64,000 nt of DNA from assembly GCA_037443365.1 (NCBI GenBank), contig JBBIOM010000002.1, positions 32,001 through 96,000 on the forward strand. Direction: 5' to 3'. Shown piece after piece: positions 9,025-18,151 of the stretch; within the stretch, counting starts at the first letter, position 1, and every line of letters starts with the position of its first letter. Below the pieces are notes generated by a model. The model ran no database searches. It had not been told where the DNA came from and saw only the letters and a list, made by a program, of their open reading frames with translations. Position numbers and translations under genes: made by a program. The stretch is from Armatimonadota bacterium. Lineage in GTDB: Bacteria > Sysuimicrobiota > Sysuimicrobiia > Sysuimicrobiales > Humicultoraceae.

Positions 9025-10781
9025 ACGACAGCCACCTCGCGCACGACCATGTCCGCGAGCGCTTCCAGATCGTCCCATGCAAAGGTCGGGGCCCTGCCCG
9101 CTCCCATGGCACCGGAGGCCGCATCGCACACCACCGCGACCACGCGGCCCTCCGGCAGGGGCCGGTCCTGGGCTGCTCCCTCCCGGACGACCAGGATCTT
9201 CGGGAAGGCGGATCCGCGGTATCCCTCCAGGAGCACGAGGTCTGCCGGGTGCACCCCGCCGAGCACCTGCGCCAGTGGCGGGTCGCAGGCCGAGGGCCGG
9301 CGGTGCACCGCGCCCCCAGGGCCTGCCAGCACCGTCTCCGCAGCGCCCGACCGAGCGGCCCGCCAGGTGTCTGTTCCCTCGTCATCAACCGACTGCATGT
9401 GCACGTGGTGCTTGACAAACGCGACCGCCAGCCCGCGGCGGCGCAGCAATGGGATCAGCCGCTCTGCGAGCGTGGTCTTGCCGCTCCCTGATCCGCCGAC
9501 CACGCCCAGAACCGCTGGCCGCCGCGCGCCTGCGCCGGGCAGCCCGGCAGGCGCAAGCAGCCAGACGGCAACCCGCGTGCCAGCGGGGAGTTCGGAGTCG
9601 GAGGGCTCAACCACAATCAGGGCGTTGCCCTCGCTCGCCGAGCGAAGGGTCGAGGTTCCCTGCCGGGCCAGCGGCGCAACCTCGAGGCCCGAGGTGCCCA
9701 GGACCGCTCGACCCCACAGATATCGCAGGCGCCCGGGATTCACCCGCAGACCCTTGCTGAGCGCGGCCGTCGCCACCTGCCGATGGATCTCGCCGTGCCC
9801 CATCATGGCACACAGCGCCGGGCGCACCAGCACCTCAAATGCAATGCGTGCAGCGCCAGGGGTGCCGGGGAGCGAAAACACCGGGCGCGCGCCGGCCAGT
9901 CCAAATGCCACGGGCGAGCCCGGCTTCATACGGACGCCGGCGAACTCCAACGCGACACCCAGGCGGCTAAGGGCTGCCCGCACCAGGTCGCGTTCACCCA
10001 CCGAGGCCCCGCCGCAGATCATCAGGGCGTCGGCCCGCAGCCCCTCGCGAATCCTGCCTTCAAGGGCGTCGAGGTCATCCGGCGCTATCCCCAGGCGGAG
10101 CGGCGTCGCGCCGAGCGCGGCCACCTCGGCGGCCAGGGCGTAGGTGTTGCTCTCACGCACCTGCCCCGGTCCCAGGGGGAAGCCGGCCGGCACGAGCTCG
10201 TCGCCCGTGGCCAGGATGCCCACCTCGGCGCGCTTGACCACCGGCACGGTGCCACGCCCGATCGCGGCAATCAGGGCCAGATCTCCGCCCCGCAGCGTGC
10301 GTCCGGCCTGCAAGACCGGCTCGCCCGCGCGGGCCTCTTCCCCTGCCGGAATGATGTGCCGACCGACCTCCACGGGACGCCTGAAGATCACGCGGCTGCC
10401 ACTTCGCGTGACCATCTCCTCGGGCACGACCGCGTCGGCGCCTGGCGGCACCGGCGCGCCGGTGGCGATGTCAACGGCGCCACCGGGCTCCAGGGGCAGG
10501 GGCCAGGTTTGCCCCGAGAACAGCGCGCCGACCACCTCGAGAGACACCGGCGCTGCATCACATGCCCCGGCCAGATCACTGGCGCGCACGGCTACCCCGT
10601 CCATGGCCGCGCGCGGAAAGGGCCAGAGGTCCTCGGATGCGGCAATTGCCTCGGCCAGCACACGGCCCGCGGCCTCGTGGAGCGCTACCTCCTCTGCGGG
10701 CTGCCTGCGAACGGACCGCAGGACGAGCGCGAGCGCGTCCTGCACGCTGGTGGTGGACCGGGGTGTCTCGCGCAGGGTCAA
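9021..10781 (-). CDS. moeA: Molybdopterin molybdotransferase MoeA fused to MobB
   Basis: MoeA motifs AMDG.A, IATGA.VP, ATGDEL, ESN, GGASVG, MKPG, LPG.P; C-terminal MobB P-loop VGGSGSGKTT, VKHH, GTDT, LLEGY. TTG start at 10781 with GGAG 7 nt upstream. Confidence 0.9.
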   Translation of the reverse strand: MTLRETPRSTTSVQDALALVLRSVRRQPAEEVALHEAAGRVLAEAIAASEDLWPFPRAAMDGVAVRASDLAGACDAAPVSLEVVGALFSGQTWPLPLEPGGAVDIATGAPVPPGADAVVPEEMVTRSGSRVIFRRPVEVGRHIIPAGEEARAGEPVLQAGRTLRGGDLALIAAIGRGTVPVVKRAEVGILATGDELVPAGFPLGPGQVRESNTYALAAEVAALGATPLRLGIAPDDLDALEGRIREGLRADALMICGGASVGERDLVRAALSRLGVALEFAGVRMKPGSPVAFGLAGARPVFSLPGTPGAARIAFEVLVRPALCAMMGHGEIHRQVATAALSKGLRVNPGRLRYLWGRAVLGTSGLEVAPLARQGTSTLRSASEGNALIVVEPSDSELPAGTRVAVWLLAPAGLPGAGARRPAVLGVVGGSGSGKTTLAERLIPLLRRRGLAVAFVKHHVHMQSVDDEGTDTWRAARSGAAETVLAGPGGAVHRRPSACDPPLAQVLGGVHPADLVLLEGYRGSAFPKILVVREGAAQDRPLPEGRVVAVVCDAASGAMGAGRAPTFAWDDLEALADMVVREVAVV

Positions 10782-10797
10782 GACGTGACTCCGCGGG

Positions 10798-12942
10798 TCA
10801 GGGCAGCTGCTCCGGGCAGGTCGCCACACGCACCCGCACGTCCGCCACCGCCGCACCCTCCCCCTTCGCATAGACGAACAGGGGGTTGATGTCGAGTTCC
10901 ACGACCCCAGGGCAGTCAACGGCCAGTTGGGACAAACGCAACAGACACTCGACGATGGCGTCCAGATCCGACGGTGACTCTCCGCGAACGCCCCCCAGGA
11001 TCGCCGCGGTGCGGGTCTCCTCGACCATGCGCCGGGCCCCGAGCTCCCGAATCGGCGCAAGGCGAAATGTGACATCCTTGAGGATCTCGACGTAGATCCC
11101 GCCCAGTCCAAACATCAAGACAGGGCCGAACTGCGGATCGCGGCTGATTCCCAGGATCACCTCGCGCCCCTTGCGCGCCATCGCCTGCACAAGGACCCCG
11201 TCCAGCACGGCATCGGGGTGGTGCTTCGCTATCGAGGCCAGCATTGCATCGTAGGCCCTGGACACCTCGTCCTCGGTCCGCAGGTTGAGACGCACGCCGC
11301 CAACGTCCACCTTGTGGATGATCTGTGGTGACATGATCTTCAGCGCCACGGGGAACCCGATCTCCTTCGCCCTGGCAGCTGCCTCGCGCGCGCTTGAGGC
11401 CGCGGCCCACGGCAGGAGAGGAAGCCGGTAGGCGTCGAGCAGTTCCATGGCCGAGGACTCCGACAGGAACCCCGGCCCCGCGCCCGCGACGATCTTGCGC
11501 ACGCGGTCGAGGTCCACATCACCATAGGTGACGTACTCGGTGCGAGGCCGGTCGATCCACGTGACATACCGCCTCATCGCCGCCAGCGTCCGGGCGATGG
11601 CCTCAGGGAACGGGTAGTGCGGAATCCCGGCCTCCTCGAGACGCGCCACGCCCGATTCCACCGCCAGGGCGCCGACAAACGACGCCAGAACGGGCTTGCC
11701 TGAGGCGCGTGCCCGGCGTATGACGGCGTCGGCCGCGGCCTCAACGTCGATGGTCGCCTGACGGGTCACCAGCACCACACCGGCGTCCACAGAGGGATCG
11801 CCCAGCACCGCCTCCAGGGCCCGGTCGTACCGCTTGTCGTCGGCATCGCCGATGATATCGAGGGGGTTGCCCACGTGGGCCTCGCCTGGCACCACGCTGC
11901 GCAGACTCGCGACCGTCTCCGCCGAGAACTTGCTCAGCTCCAGCCCCTGACGCACACAGGCATCGGTGGCCAGGATACCCGGACCGCCCGCATTGGTCAC
12001 GATGGCGACGCGCCCGCCCTTGGGAAGAGGTTGGCGCGAGAACGCCCCGGCGTAGTCGAACAGCTCCTCGATGCTCTCTACCCGCAGCACGCCTGCCTGG
12101 GCGAAGATGGCCTCATAGACCTGATCCGATCCGGCCAGCGATCCGGTGTGGCTCGATACCGCCCTGGCCCCGGCCGCGGTCCGGCCCGCCTTCAGCACGA
12201 GGACCGGCTTGGGAGGAGACTGCTCGCTGATCTCGCGGGCAGCCTCGATGAACCGCCTCCCCTCGCTCAGCTCCTCGACATACAGCAGGATGACCCGCGT
12301 GTCGGGGTCGCTCGCCAGCACATCGAGCAGCTCCAGTTCGGTCACGTCCGCCTTGTTGCCGAGGTTGAAGACCTTGGAGAACCCGATGTGCTTGATGCGG
12401 GCGTAGTCAAGGGCCGCCGCCGTGAGCGCGCCCGATTGCGATAGGAAGCCGATGTTACCGGCGGCAGGGATCTGCGCGGCGAAGGTGGCGTTGAGCCGGA
12501 CGTCACAAGCGGTGTTGATGACCCCCAGGCAGTTGGGGCCGATCAGGGCGAAGCCCCAGCGCGCGACGCGTTCGCGTACAAGGTCCTCGCGCTGCCGGCC
12601 CTCCTCCCCCACCTCGCGGAATCCGCCGGAGATCACGATGACCCCGCGCACGCCTGCCTGACCGCACTCGTCCAGCACTCCCGGGACCAGGGCAGCCGGG
12701 GTTATGACCACCGCCAGGTCGACCGGGTCCGGAACCTCGAGCACCGACCGGTAGGCGCGCACCCCGCTGATCGCACGTGCGGTGGGGTTCACCGGATGCA
12801 CGGCGCCCTGGAACCCTCCCGTGAGGATGTTGTGGAAGATCGCGTGCCCCACCTTGGCCGGATCGCGGGAAGCGCCGATCACGGCGATCGTCGAGGGCCT
12901 GACTATGGCCGAAAGGTCTCGGCTCGCTGGCTTCATCTGCAT
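10798..12942 (-). CDS. Acetate/acyl-CoA ligase (ADP-forming), fused alpha-beta
   Basis: CoA-binding IAVIGAS, GPNCLG, SQSG, GNKAD, SHTGSLAG (catalytic His), TNAGG, NPLD; ATP-grasp GFPVALK, HKVDVGGV, D..FGP..MFG.GG, ELDINP. No GNAT domain. Start approximate. Confidence 0.9.
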   Translation of the reverse strand: MQMKPASRDLSAIVRPSTIAVIGASRDPAKVGHAIFHNILTGGFQGAVHPVNPTARAISGVRAYRSVLEVPDPVDLAVVITPAALVPGVLDECGQAGVRGVIVISGGFREVGEEGRQREDLVRERVARWGFALIGPNCLGVINTACDVRLNATFAAQIPAAGNIGFLSQSGALTAAALDYARIKHIGFSKVFNLGNKADVTELELLDVLASDPDTRVILLYVEELSEGRRFIEAAREISEQSPPKPVLVLKAGRTAAGARAVSSHTGSLAGSDQVYEAIFAQAGVLRVESIEELFDYAGAFSRQPLPKGGRVAIVTNAGGPGILATDACVRQGLELSKFSAETVASLRSVVPGEAHVGNPLDIIGDADDKRYDRALEAVLGDPSVDAGVVLVTRQATIDVEAAADAVIRRARASGKPVLASFVGALAVESGVARLEEAGIPHYPFPEAIARTLAAMRRYVTWIDRPRTEYVTYGDVDLDRVRKIVAGAGPGFLSESSAMELLDAYRLPLLPWAAASSAREAAARAKEIGFPVALKIMSPQIIHKVDVGGVRLNLRTEDEVSRAYDAMLASIAKHHPDAVLDGVLVQAMARKGREVILGISRDPQFGPVLMFGLGGIYVEILKDVTFRLAPIRELGARRMVEETRTAAILGGVRGESPSDLDAIVECLLRLSQLAVDCPGVVELDINPLFVYAKGEGAAVADVRVRVATCPEQLP

Positions 12943-13141
12943 CACCTGCACCTCAATTCGCCGTCGCCCGGCCGGGCCCCTGGGCATGGGCCTCGCCGAT
13001 AGAACGATATAGGGCCATCGCCGTATTCTCTACCCAGGCAGGTTGGAGTGGAATTGTTGAGGAAGAGAGGTAGAGAGAATGGGGGCCGTCCATGCCCGGC
13101 AAGGTCGCCCGGGTGGAGAAGGCCTCCATGGGGGGGACACG

Positions 13142-14377
13142 GTGTTGAGCGGAGAGAAGCATTCTGCTGTGCCGGCAGGAAGTGCGCCATCCCCTGCATC
13201 ATCCGACCCGCGAGCGTCCTGGCAACAGGAGTTCAACCCCTGCATCCAGTGCGGCATGTGTGGTGGCGCCTGCCCCCTGGCCTTCGCCATGCAGTATACC
13301 CCCCGCCACTCGATCTACCTGTTGAAGGAAGGCCTGCTTGACCAGGTGCTCAAGAGCAACACCCTCTGGCTGTGCGTATCGTGCTACAACTGCACGTCAC
13401 GGTGCCCGAGCGGGCTGAAGATCACCGACGTCCTGTTCCCGGCCCTGCGCGACGCCGCGATGAGCGCGGGCCTGGCGCTCCCCTCCGAGTTCAAGAAGGC
13501 GCTGGACAACACCTACCGCTACGGGAACTCGATCGGCGAGGCCCCACGCAAGAGGATGGACTGGGCGCGGGGTGCGGGCGTGCCCGTCCCGGTCATGTCT
13601 CAGATCAAGCGGCCGGTTGAGGCGCTCTGGCTCGTCGAGTGCTATCCGACGTATCACCCGCGCAACCAGCCGCAGGCACAGGCCATGGCGCGAGTGCTGC
13701 ACGCCATGGGAGTGGACTTCGCGGTCCTGGGACCGGAGGAGCGCTGCGTAGGAGACTGCGAGCGCCTCTCAGGCGAGGCCGGGCTGTTTGAGAGCCTCGT
13801 TGAGTACAACACCGTGCTCTTCGACAAGTACGAGTACGACGAGATCATCACCTCAGATCCGCACGCGTTCAACTCGTTGAGCCGCGTGTACCCCGAGACC
13901 ACGGGCCGGCGGTTCCCCGTCCGGCACTACGTGGAGTTCCTCGCGGCCAGGCTGGACGTCCTGCGCCCGTTGCTGCAGAACCGCATCGAGGCCCGCGTGA
14001 CGTATCACGACAACTGCTGTCTGGGGCGCATGTGCGGCCTGTACGAGGCCCCGCGGGACCTGCTGCGCGCCATTCCGGGTGTCTCGCTGGTGGAGATGCC
14101 CTTTGCACGACAGAACGCCCTCTGCTGCGGGGGCGGAGGCGGAGGCATGTGGCTGGACACCGTGATCTGGCAGGCCGCGCAGGAGCGGTTGTCCGACCGG
14201 CGGATAGCGCACGCCCTGTCCGCAGGGGCGGATATCCTTGCGGTGTCCTGTCCTTTCGAGGCATCGCGTTTCGAGGACGCCCTCAAGTCCACGGGGAACG
14301 AGGGCAAGATCGTCGTGAAGGACATCATGGAGCTGCTCGACGAGTCGGCCGCAGCACGGGGAGGGATGTCTTCGTGA
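13142..14377 (+). CDS. Soluble HdrD/GlpC-like Fe-S protein (2x[4Fe-4S] + two CCG domains)
   Basis: CIQCGMCGGACP, CVSCYNCTSRCP, ERCVG, TYHDNCCLGR, CCGGGGG, SCP. Start GTG 13142 or TTG 13145. Confidence 0.85.
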   Translation: MLSGEKHSAVPAGSAPSPASSDPRASWQQEFNPCIQCGMCGGACPLAFAMQYTPRHSIYLLKEGLLDQVLKSNTLWLCVSCYNCTSRCPSGLKITDVLFPALRDAAMSAGLALPSEFKKALDNTYRYGNSIGEAPRKRMDWARGAGVPVPVMSQIKRPVEALWLVECYPTYHPRNQPQAQAMARVLHAMGVDFAVLGPEERCVGDCERLSGEAGLFESLVEYNTVLFDKYEYDEIITSDPHAFNSLSRVYPETTGRRFPVRHYVEFLAARLDVLRPLLQNRIEARVTYHDNCCLGRMCGLYEAPRDLLRAIPGVSLVEMPFARQNALCCGGGGGGMWLDTVIWQAAQERLSDRRIAHALSAGADILAVSCPFEASRFEDALKSTGNEGKIVVKDIMELLDESAAARGGMSS

Positions 14378-15144
14378 ACATAGCCGTGCTTCTGAGCATG
14401 GTCCCCGACCTTGTGGAGGAACTCGAGATCGCGCCTTCGGGCGTGGCGCTGGACACGCAGTGGCTGCGCTACCTGCTAAGCGAGAGCGACGACCACGCGC
14501 TGGAGCAGGCGCTGCTGCTCAAGGAGCGCCACGGCGGAGGGGTCACGGCGCTGGCCCTGGACCGGGGCGAGGCCGAGGAGGCGCTCTACACGGCGCTCGC
14601 GCGCGGGGCCGACGAGGCCATCAAGCTCACGGGAATCCCGGAGGAAGGGGTGGGCAAAACAGCCGCCGCCGCCATGTTCGGGGCGGTGCTGGGCGAGTCC
14701 CGGCCCGATCTCATCCTCACGGGTGTCTATGCGATTGATGACATGGACGGGCACATGGCGGGAGCGCTTGCAGGCCTGCTGGGCCTCCCGTACGTCGGCG
14801 TGACCCGGTCCGTGGATGCGCCGGAAGCGGGCAAGGTCCTGGTGCAGAAGGAGTACCCTGGCGGCCTGGCGGCAGAGATGGAGGTGGACCTGCCGGCGGT
14901 GGTGGGCGTGCTATCGGCGCCCCAGCCGCCGCGCTACGTCCCGGTGGCTCGAATCCGCGAGGCCAGGAAGACAAGGAAGATCACAGAGCGCGAGGCGCCG
15001 TCTGTCACCACGCCCGGGGGTCCAGTCGTCCGTCGGCTGTTCAAGCCGGAGCCGGCGGAGCGCGCGGAGATGATCGAGGGAACCCCAGAGGAGATGGTCA
15101 GGCAGATCGTGACGATCCTTGAGAACCGGGGGCTGGTGCGATGA
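14374..15144 (+). CDS. etfB: Electron transfer flavoprotein subunit beta
   Basis: V..VPD, D.HALEQAL.LKE, ALARGAD, DLILTG..AID, DLPAVV, PRY. GTG start overlaps the upstream stop. Confidence 0.9.
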   Translation: MNIAVLLSMVPDLVEELEIAPSGVALDTQWLRYLLSESDDHALEQALLLKERHGGGVTALALDRGEAEEALYTALARGADEAIKLTGIPEEGVGKTAAAAMFGAVLGESRPDLILTGVYAIDDMDGHMAGALAGLLGLPYVGVTRSVDAPEAGKVLVQKEYPGGLAAEMEVDLPAVVGVLSAPQPPRYVPVARIREARKTRKITEREAPSVTTPGGPVVRRLFKPEPAERAEMIEGTPEEMVRQIVTILENRGLVR

Positions 15145-16139
15145 GCGGGACAGGCCGGGACGTCTGGGTCTACGTGGAGCACCTGAAGGGCCAGGTTGCC
15201 GGGCACACCTACGAGCTCCTGGGCAAGGGGAGCGAGGTGGCAGCGGCGCTGGGCGGCCGCCTGGTCGCCGTACTGGCAGGGAGCGCGGTCCAACCCCTGG
15301 CAGCTACCCTGGGGATGGCGGAGAGCGTCCTGTGCGTCGAGGACGCCGGCCTGGCCGGGTTCACCCCGGAGGGCCACGCCACGGCGCTGCGGGCCCTGGC
15401 CGAGGGTGAACCGCCGCGCCTGGTGCTCGTGGGCGCAACCTCCGAGGGAATGGACCTGGCCGCCCTCCTGGCGGCGTGGATGCGAATCCCGCTGGTAGTC
15501 AACTGCCGGGAGATAGGGGTCGAGGGCGACCGGATTGTGGTGACCAGCCAGATGTGCGGGGGCAAGCTGCTGGGCGAGATGGAGATCGGGGACGGCATGG
15601 CGATCCTCACGGTCCTCCCCGGCGCGTTTCCGTCGCAGAAGGGCATCTCCGAGCGGACCCCGGGCGTGCGTCTCCTCGCATCGCCGGTGCCGCTGGATGG
15701 CCTGCGGACGAGGTTCACGCAGATGCTGGAACCGGAGGCCGGGGACGTTGACATCACGCGTGCTCCTGTCCTGATTGCGGTAGGACGCGGGATCCAGCGG
15801 CAGGACAACATCCCGCTAGCTGAGGCGCTGGCCATGCTCCTGGGCGGGGAGGTCTGCGCATCGCGCCCGGTCATCGATCAGGGCTGGCTGCCGCTCACGC
15901 GGCAGGTGGGCAAGTCCGGCATGATCGTCAAGCCCAAGCTCTACCTGGCGCTGGGCATAAGCGGGGCGCCCGAGCACGTGGAGGGGATGAAGGACTCCGA
16001 CCTGATCATCGCCATCAACGCCGATCCGAGAGCACCGATCTTCGACGTCGCCGACTACGGCGTAACCGAGGACATGTTCGAACTGCTGCCGGCGCTCACG
16101 GAAGAGCTCGAGAAGCGCAAGGCGCAGGGGGCGACCTGA
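15141..16139 (+). CDS. etfA: Electron transfer flavoprotein subunit alpha
   Basis: VGRG, ASRPVID.GW, RQVGKSG..VKP.LY.A.GISGA..H..GM, IAIN.D..APIF..ADYG. Confidence 0.95.
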   Translation: MSGTGRDVWVYVEHLKGQVAGHTYELLGKGSEVAAALGGRLVAVLAGSAVQPLAATLGMAESVLCVEDAGLAGFTPEGHATALRALAEGEPPRLVLVGATSEGMDLAALLAAWMRIPLVVNCREIGVEGDRIVVTSQMCGGKLLGEMEIGDGMAILTVLPGAFPSQKGISERTPGVRLLASPVPLDGLRTRFTQMLEPEAGDVDITRAPVLIAVGRGIQRQDNIPLAEALAMLLGGEVCASRPVIDQGWLPLTRQVGKSGMIVKPKLYLALGISGAPEHVEGMKDSDLIIAINADPRAPIFDVADYGVTEDMFELLPALTEELEKRKAQGAT

Positions 16140-18151
16140 TGCCCGCGCGTGAGCTCTACTGGAACGTCGCCTCCCATAAGCTCATCTACCTCGTCTTCCT
16201 ACCGTTTCTGCTCGTGTTCGTCTGGGGATGCGTGGCCGCGGTGCGGAGGTGGTCGCGGGGCGGCCCCGAGATCAGGTGGGATCACCCGTGGACAAGGCTG
16301 ACGGGGCTGATCGCCCAGGGGCTGGCGCAGCTGCGGATTCTCCGCGAGGCCTACGCCGGGCTGCTTCACGCCTCGCTCTTCTGGGGCTTCGTGATCCTGT
16401 TCGTGGCCACGTGCATGATCGTGCTCGAGGAGTACCTGGGGATCAAGACGCTCCAGGGCCCGTTCTACCTGTACTTCATGTCTCTGGTGGTGGATCTCTT
16501 CGGCGTCCTGGCCCTGCTGGGGGTCGGCATGGCGCTCGTCCGAAGATGGGTGCTCAGGCCGGCGCGCCTGAGGGAGCCCAAGCGTTCGGACCAGTACTCG
16601 ACAATGCTGGTGCTGATCTTCCTCACTCTGCTCACCGGGTTCGTGGTCGAGGGCCTGCGCATCGTCGCCACCCGGGACCCCTGGGCGCTGTGGTCACCCG
16701 GCGGGTGGGTCACCGCGCTGGCGTTCCGCGGAATGGGCCAGGACCAGCTCCAGACGCTCCACCTCGTCTCGTGGTGGGGCCACGCGGTGCTGGCCTTCGC
16801 GTTCATAGCGTACCTCCCGTTCTCCGGGGTCCTGCACCTGCTGACAGGGCCGCTCAACATCTTCTTCCGATCGCTGCAGCCCCTGGGCAGGCTCTCGGGC
16901 GCCGCAGCGCCCGCGCGCGACGGCGACCCAGCGGCCGGAAACGGCGCCCTAACACTGCAGCGGTTCACCTGGAAGCACCTGCTGGACCTGGAGGCCTGCA
17001 CCGAGTGTGGTCGCTGCCAGGCCGATTGCCCGGCGTGGTTGTCGGGAACGCCGCTCAGCCCCAAGGGACTCGTCATGGACCTGAGAGGACGTCTGCGCGC
17101 CGGGAAGCGAGGAGGGGATAGCCAGTCCATTGTCGGCGACCTGATCACCGAGGAGGTGATCTGGTCCTGCTTCACGTGCGCGGCCTGTCACGAGGCCTGC
17201 CCGGTGTTCATCGAGCCGATTCCTAAGTTGGCCGAGATGCGCCGCTATCTGGTCGGCCAGGGGAGCGTGGACAGTCTTCTTCAGGATACGCTCACTGCCG
17301 CATCCCGCTATGGCAACTCCTTCGGGCAGTCGCCCAAGATGCGTGCCAGGTGGACCCAGGGCCTGGGCGTCACGATCAAGGACATCCGCAGGGAGCCCGC
17401 CGAGTACCTTTGGTTCGTCGGCGACTTCGCCTCCTATGATCAGCAGGCCGCTCAGGCCACCCGGGCGGTCGCGAGGCTGCTGCACCTGGCTGGGGTCAAC
17501 TTCGGCATCCTCTACGACGCGGAATCCACCAGCGGAAACGACTTCCGCCGCGTCGGTGAGGAAGGTCTCTTCGAGATGATGGTGGAGAAGAACCTGGCGG
17601 CCATGCGGCGGTGCGAGTTCACAACGATCCTGACCACGGACCCGCACGCGTACAACACCCTGAAGAACGAGTATCCCTTGTTCGGGGCGACCTGGCCCGT
17701 TGTGCACTACACCGAGTTGCTGGACCGCCTCGCCCGAGAGGGCCACTTGCGTGCAGCCAGGAAGCTGGACAGGAGGGTCACCTACCACGACCCCTGCTAC
17801 CTGGGTCGCTACAACGGCGTGTTCGAGGCCCCCAGGCGCGTTCTGACAGCCCTGGGAGCCGAGGTAGTGGAGATGCCGCGCAACCGCACCCGCTCGTACT
17901 GCTGCGGTGCGGGCGGTGGGCGCGTCTGGATGAAGGAAGCGACTGGGCTGCGGGAGCGTCCTGCCGAGAGCCGCGTCCGGGAGGCAGTGGCCCTGGACCG
18001 GGTTGGGACGCTGGTGGTGGCCTGTCCCAAGGAACTCGCCATGTTCAACGACGCGGTGAAGACCGCCGGACTAGAGGGACGGCTCGCGGTCAGGGACCTG
18101 GCCGAGATGGTCGAGGAAGCAACTACCCCGGAGGTGTCTGGTCATGCGTGA
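16139..18151 (+). CDS. Membrane NarI-like (heme b) + Fe-S + CCG oxidoreductase (HdrF/FadF/EMO-like)
   Basis: N-terminal TM helices with His (LLHASLFWG, LHLVSWWGH, VLHL); ACTECGRC...CP, CFTCAAC...CP, TYHDPCYLGR, CCGAGGG. Confidence 0.88.
   Translation: MPARELYWNVASHKLIYLVFLPFLLVFVWGCVAAVRRWSRGGPEIRWDHPWTRLTGLIAQGLAQLRILREAYAGLLHASLFWGFVILFVATCMIVLEEYLGIKTLQGPFYLYFMSLVVDLFGVLALLGVGMALVRRWVLRPARLREPKRSDQYSTMLVLIFLTLLTGFVVEGLRIVATRDPWALWSPGGWVTALAFRGMGQDQLQTLHLVSWWGHAVLAFAFIAYLPFSGVLHLLTGPLNIFFRSLQPLGRLSGAAAPARDGDPAAGNGALTLQRFTWKHLLDLEACTECGRCQADCPAWLSGTPLSPKGLVMDLRGRLRAGKRGGDSQSIVGDLITEEVIWSCFTCAACHEACPVFIEPIPKLAEMRRYLVGQGSVDSLLQDTLTAASRYGNSFGQSPKMRARWTQGLGVTIKDIRREPAEYLWFVGDFASYDQQAAQATRAVARLLHLAGVNFGILYDAESTSGNDFRRVGEEGLFEMMVEKNLAAMRRCEFTTILTTDPHAYNTLKNEYPLFGATWPVVHYTELLDRLAREGHLRAARKLDRRVTYHDPCYLGRYNGVFEAPRRVLTALGAEVVEMPRNRTRSYCCGAGGGRVWMKEATGLRERPAESRVREAVALDRVGTLVVACPKELAMFNDAVKTAGLEGRLAVRDLAEMVEEATTPEVSGHA

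Noticed and set aside
10798-12942. Pat/PatZ protein lysine acetyltransferase
   Set aside because: No GNAT domain, and the catalytic His motifs of the ligase are intact.
13025-13080. Inverted repeat TCTCTACC/GGTAGAGA in the divergent intergenic region as an ncRNA
   Set aside because: Short, low-complexity purine-rich match with no family resemblance.
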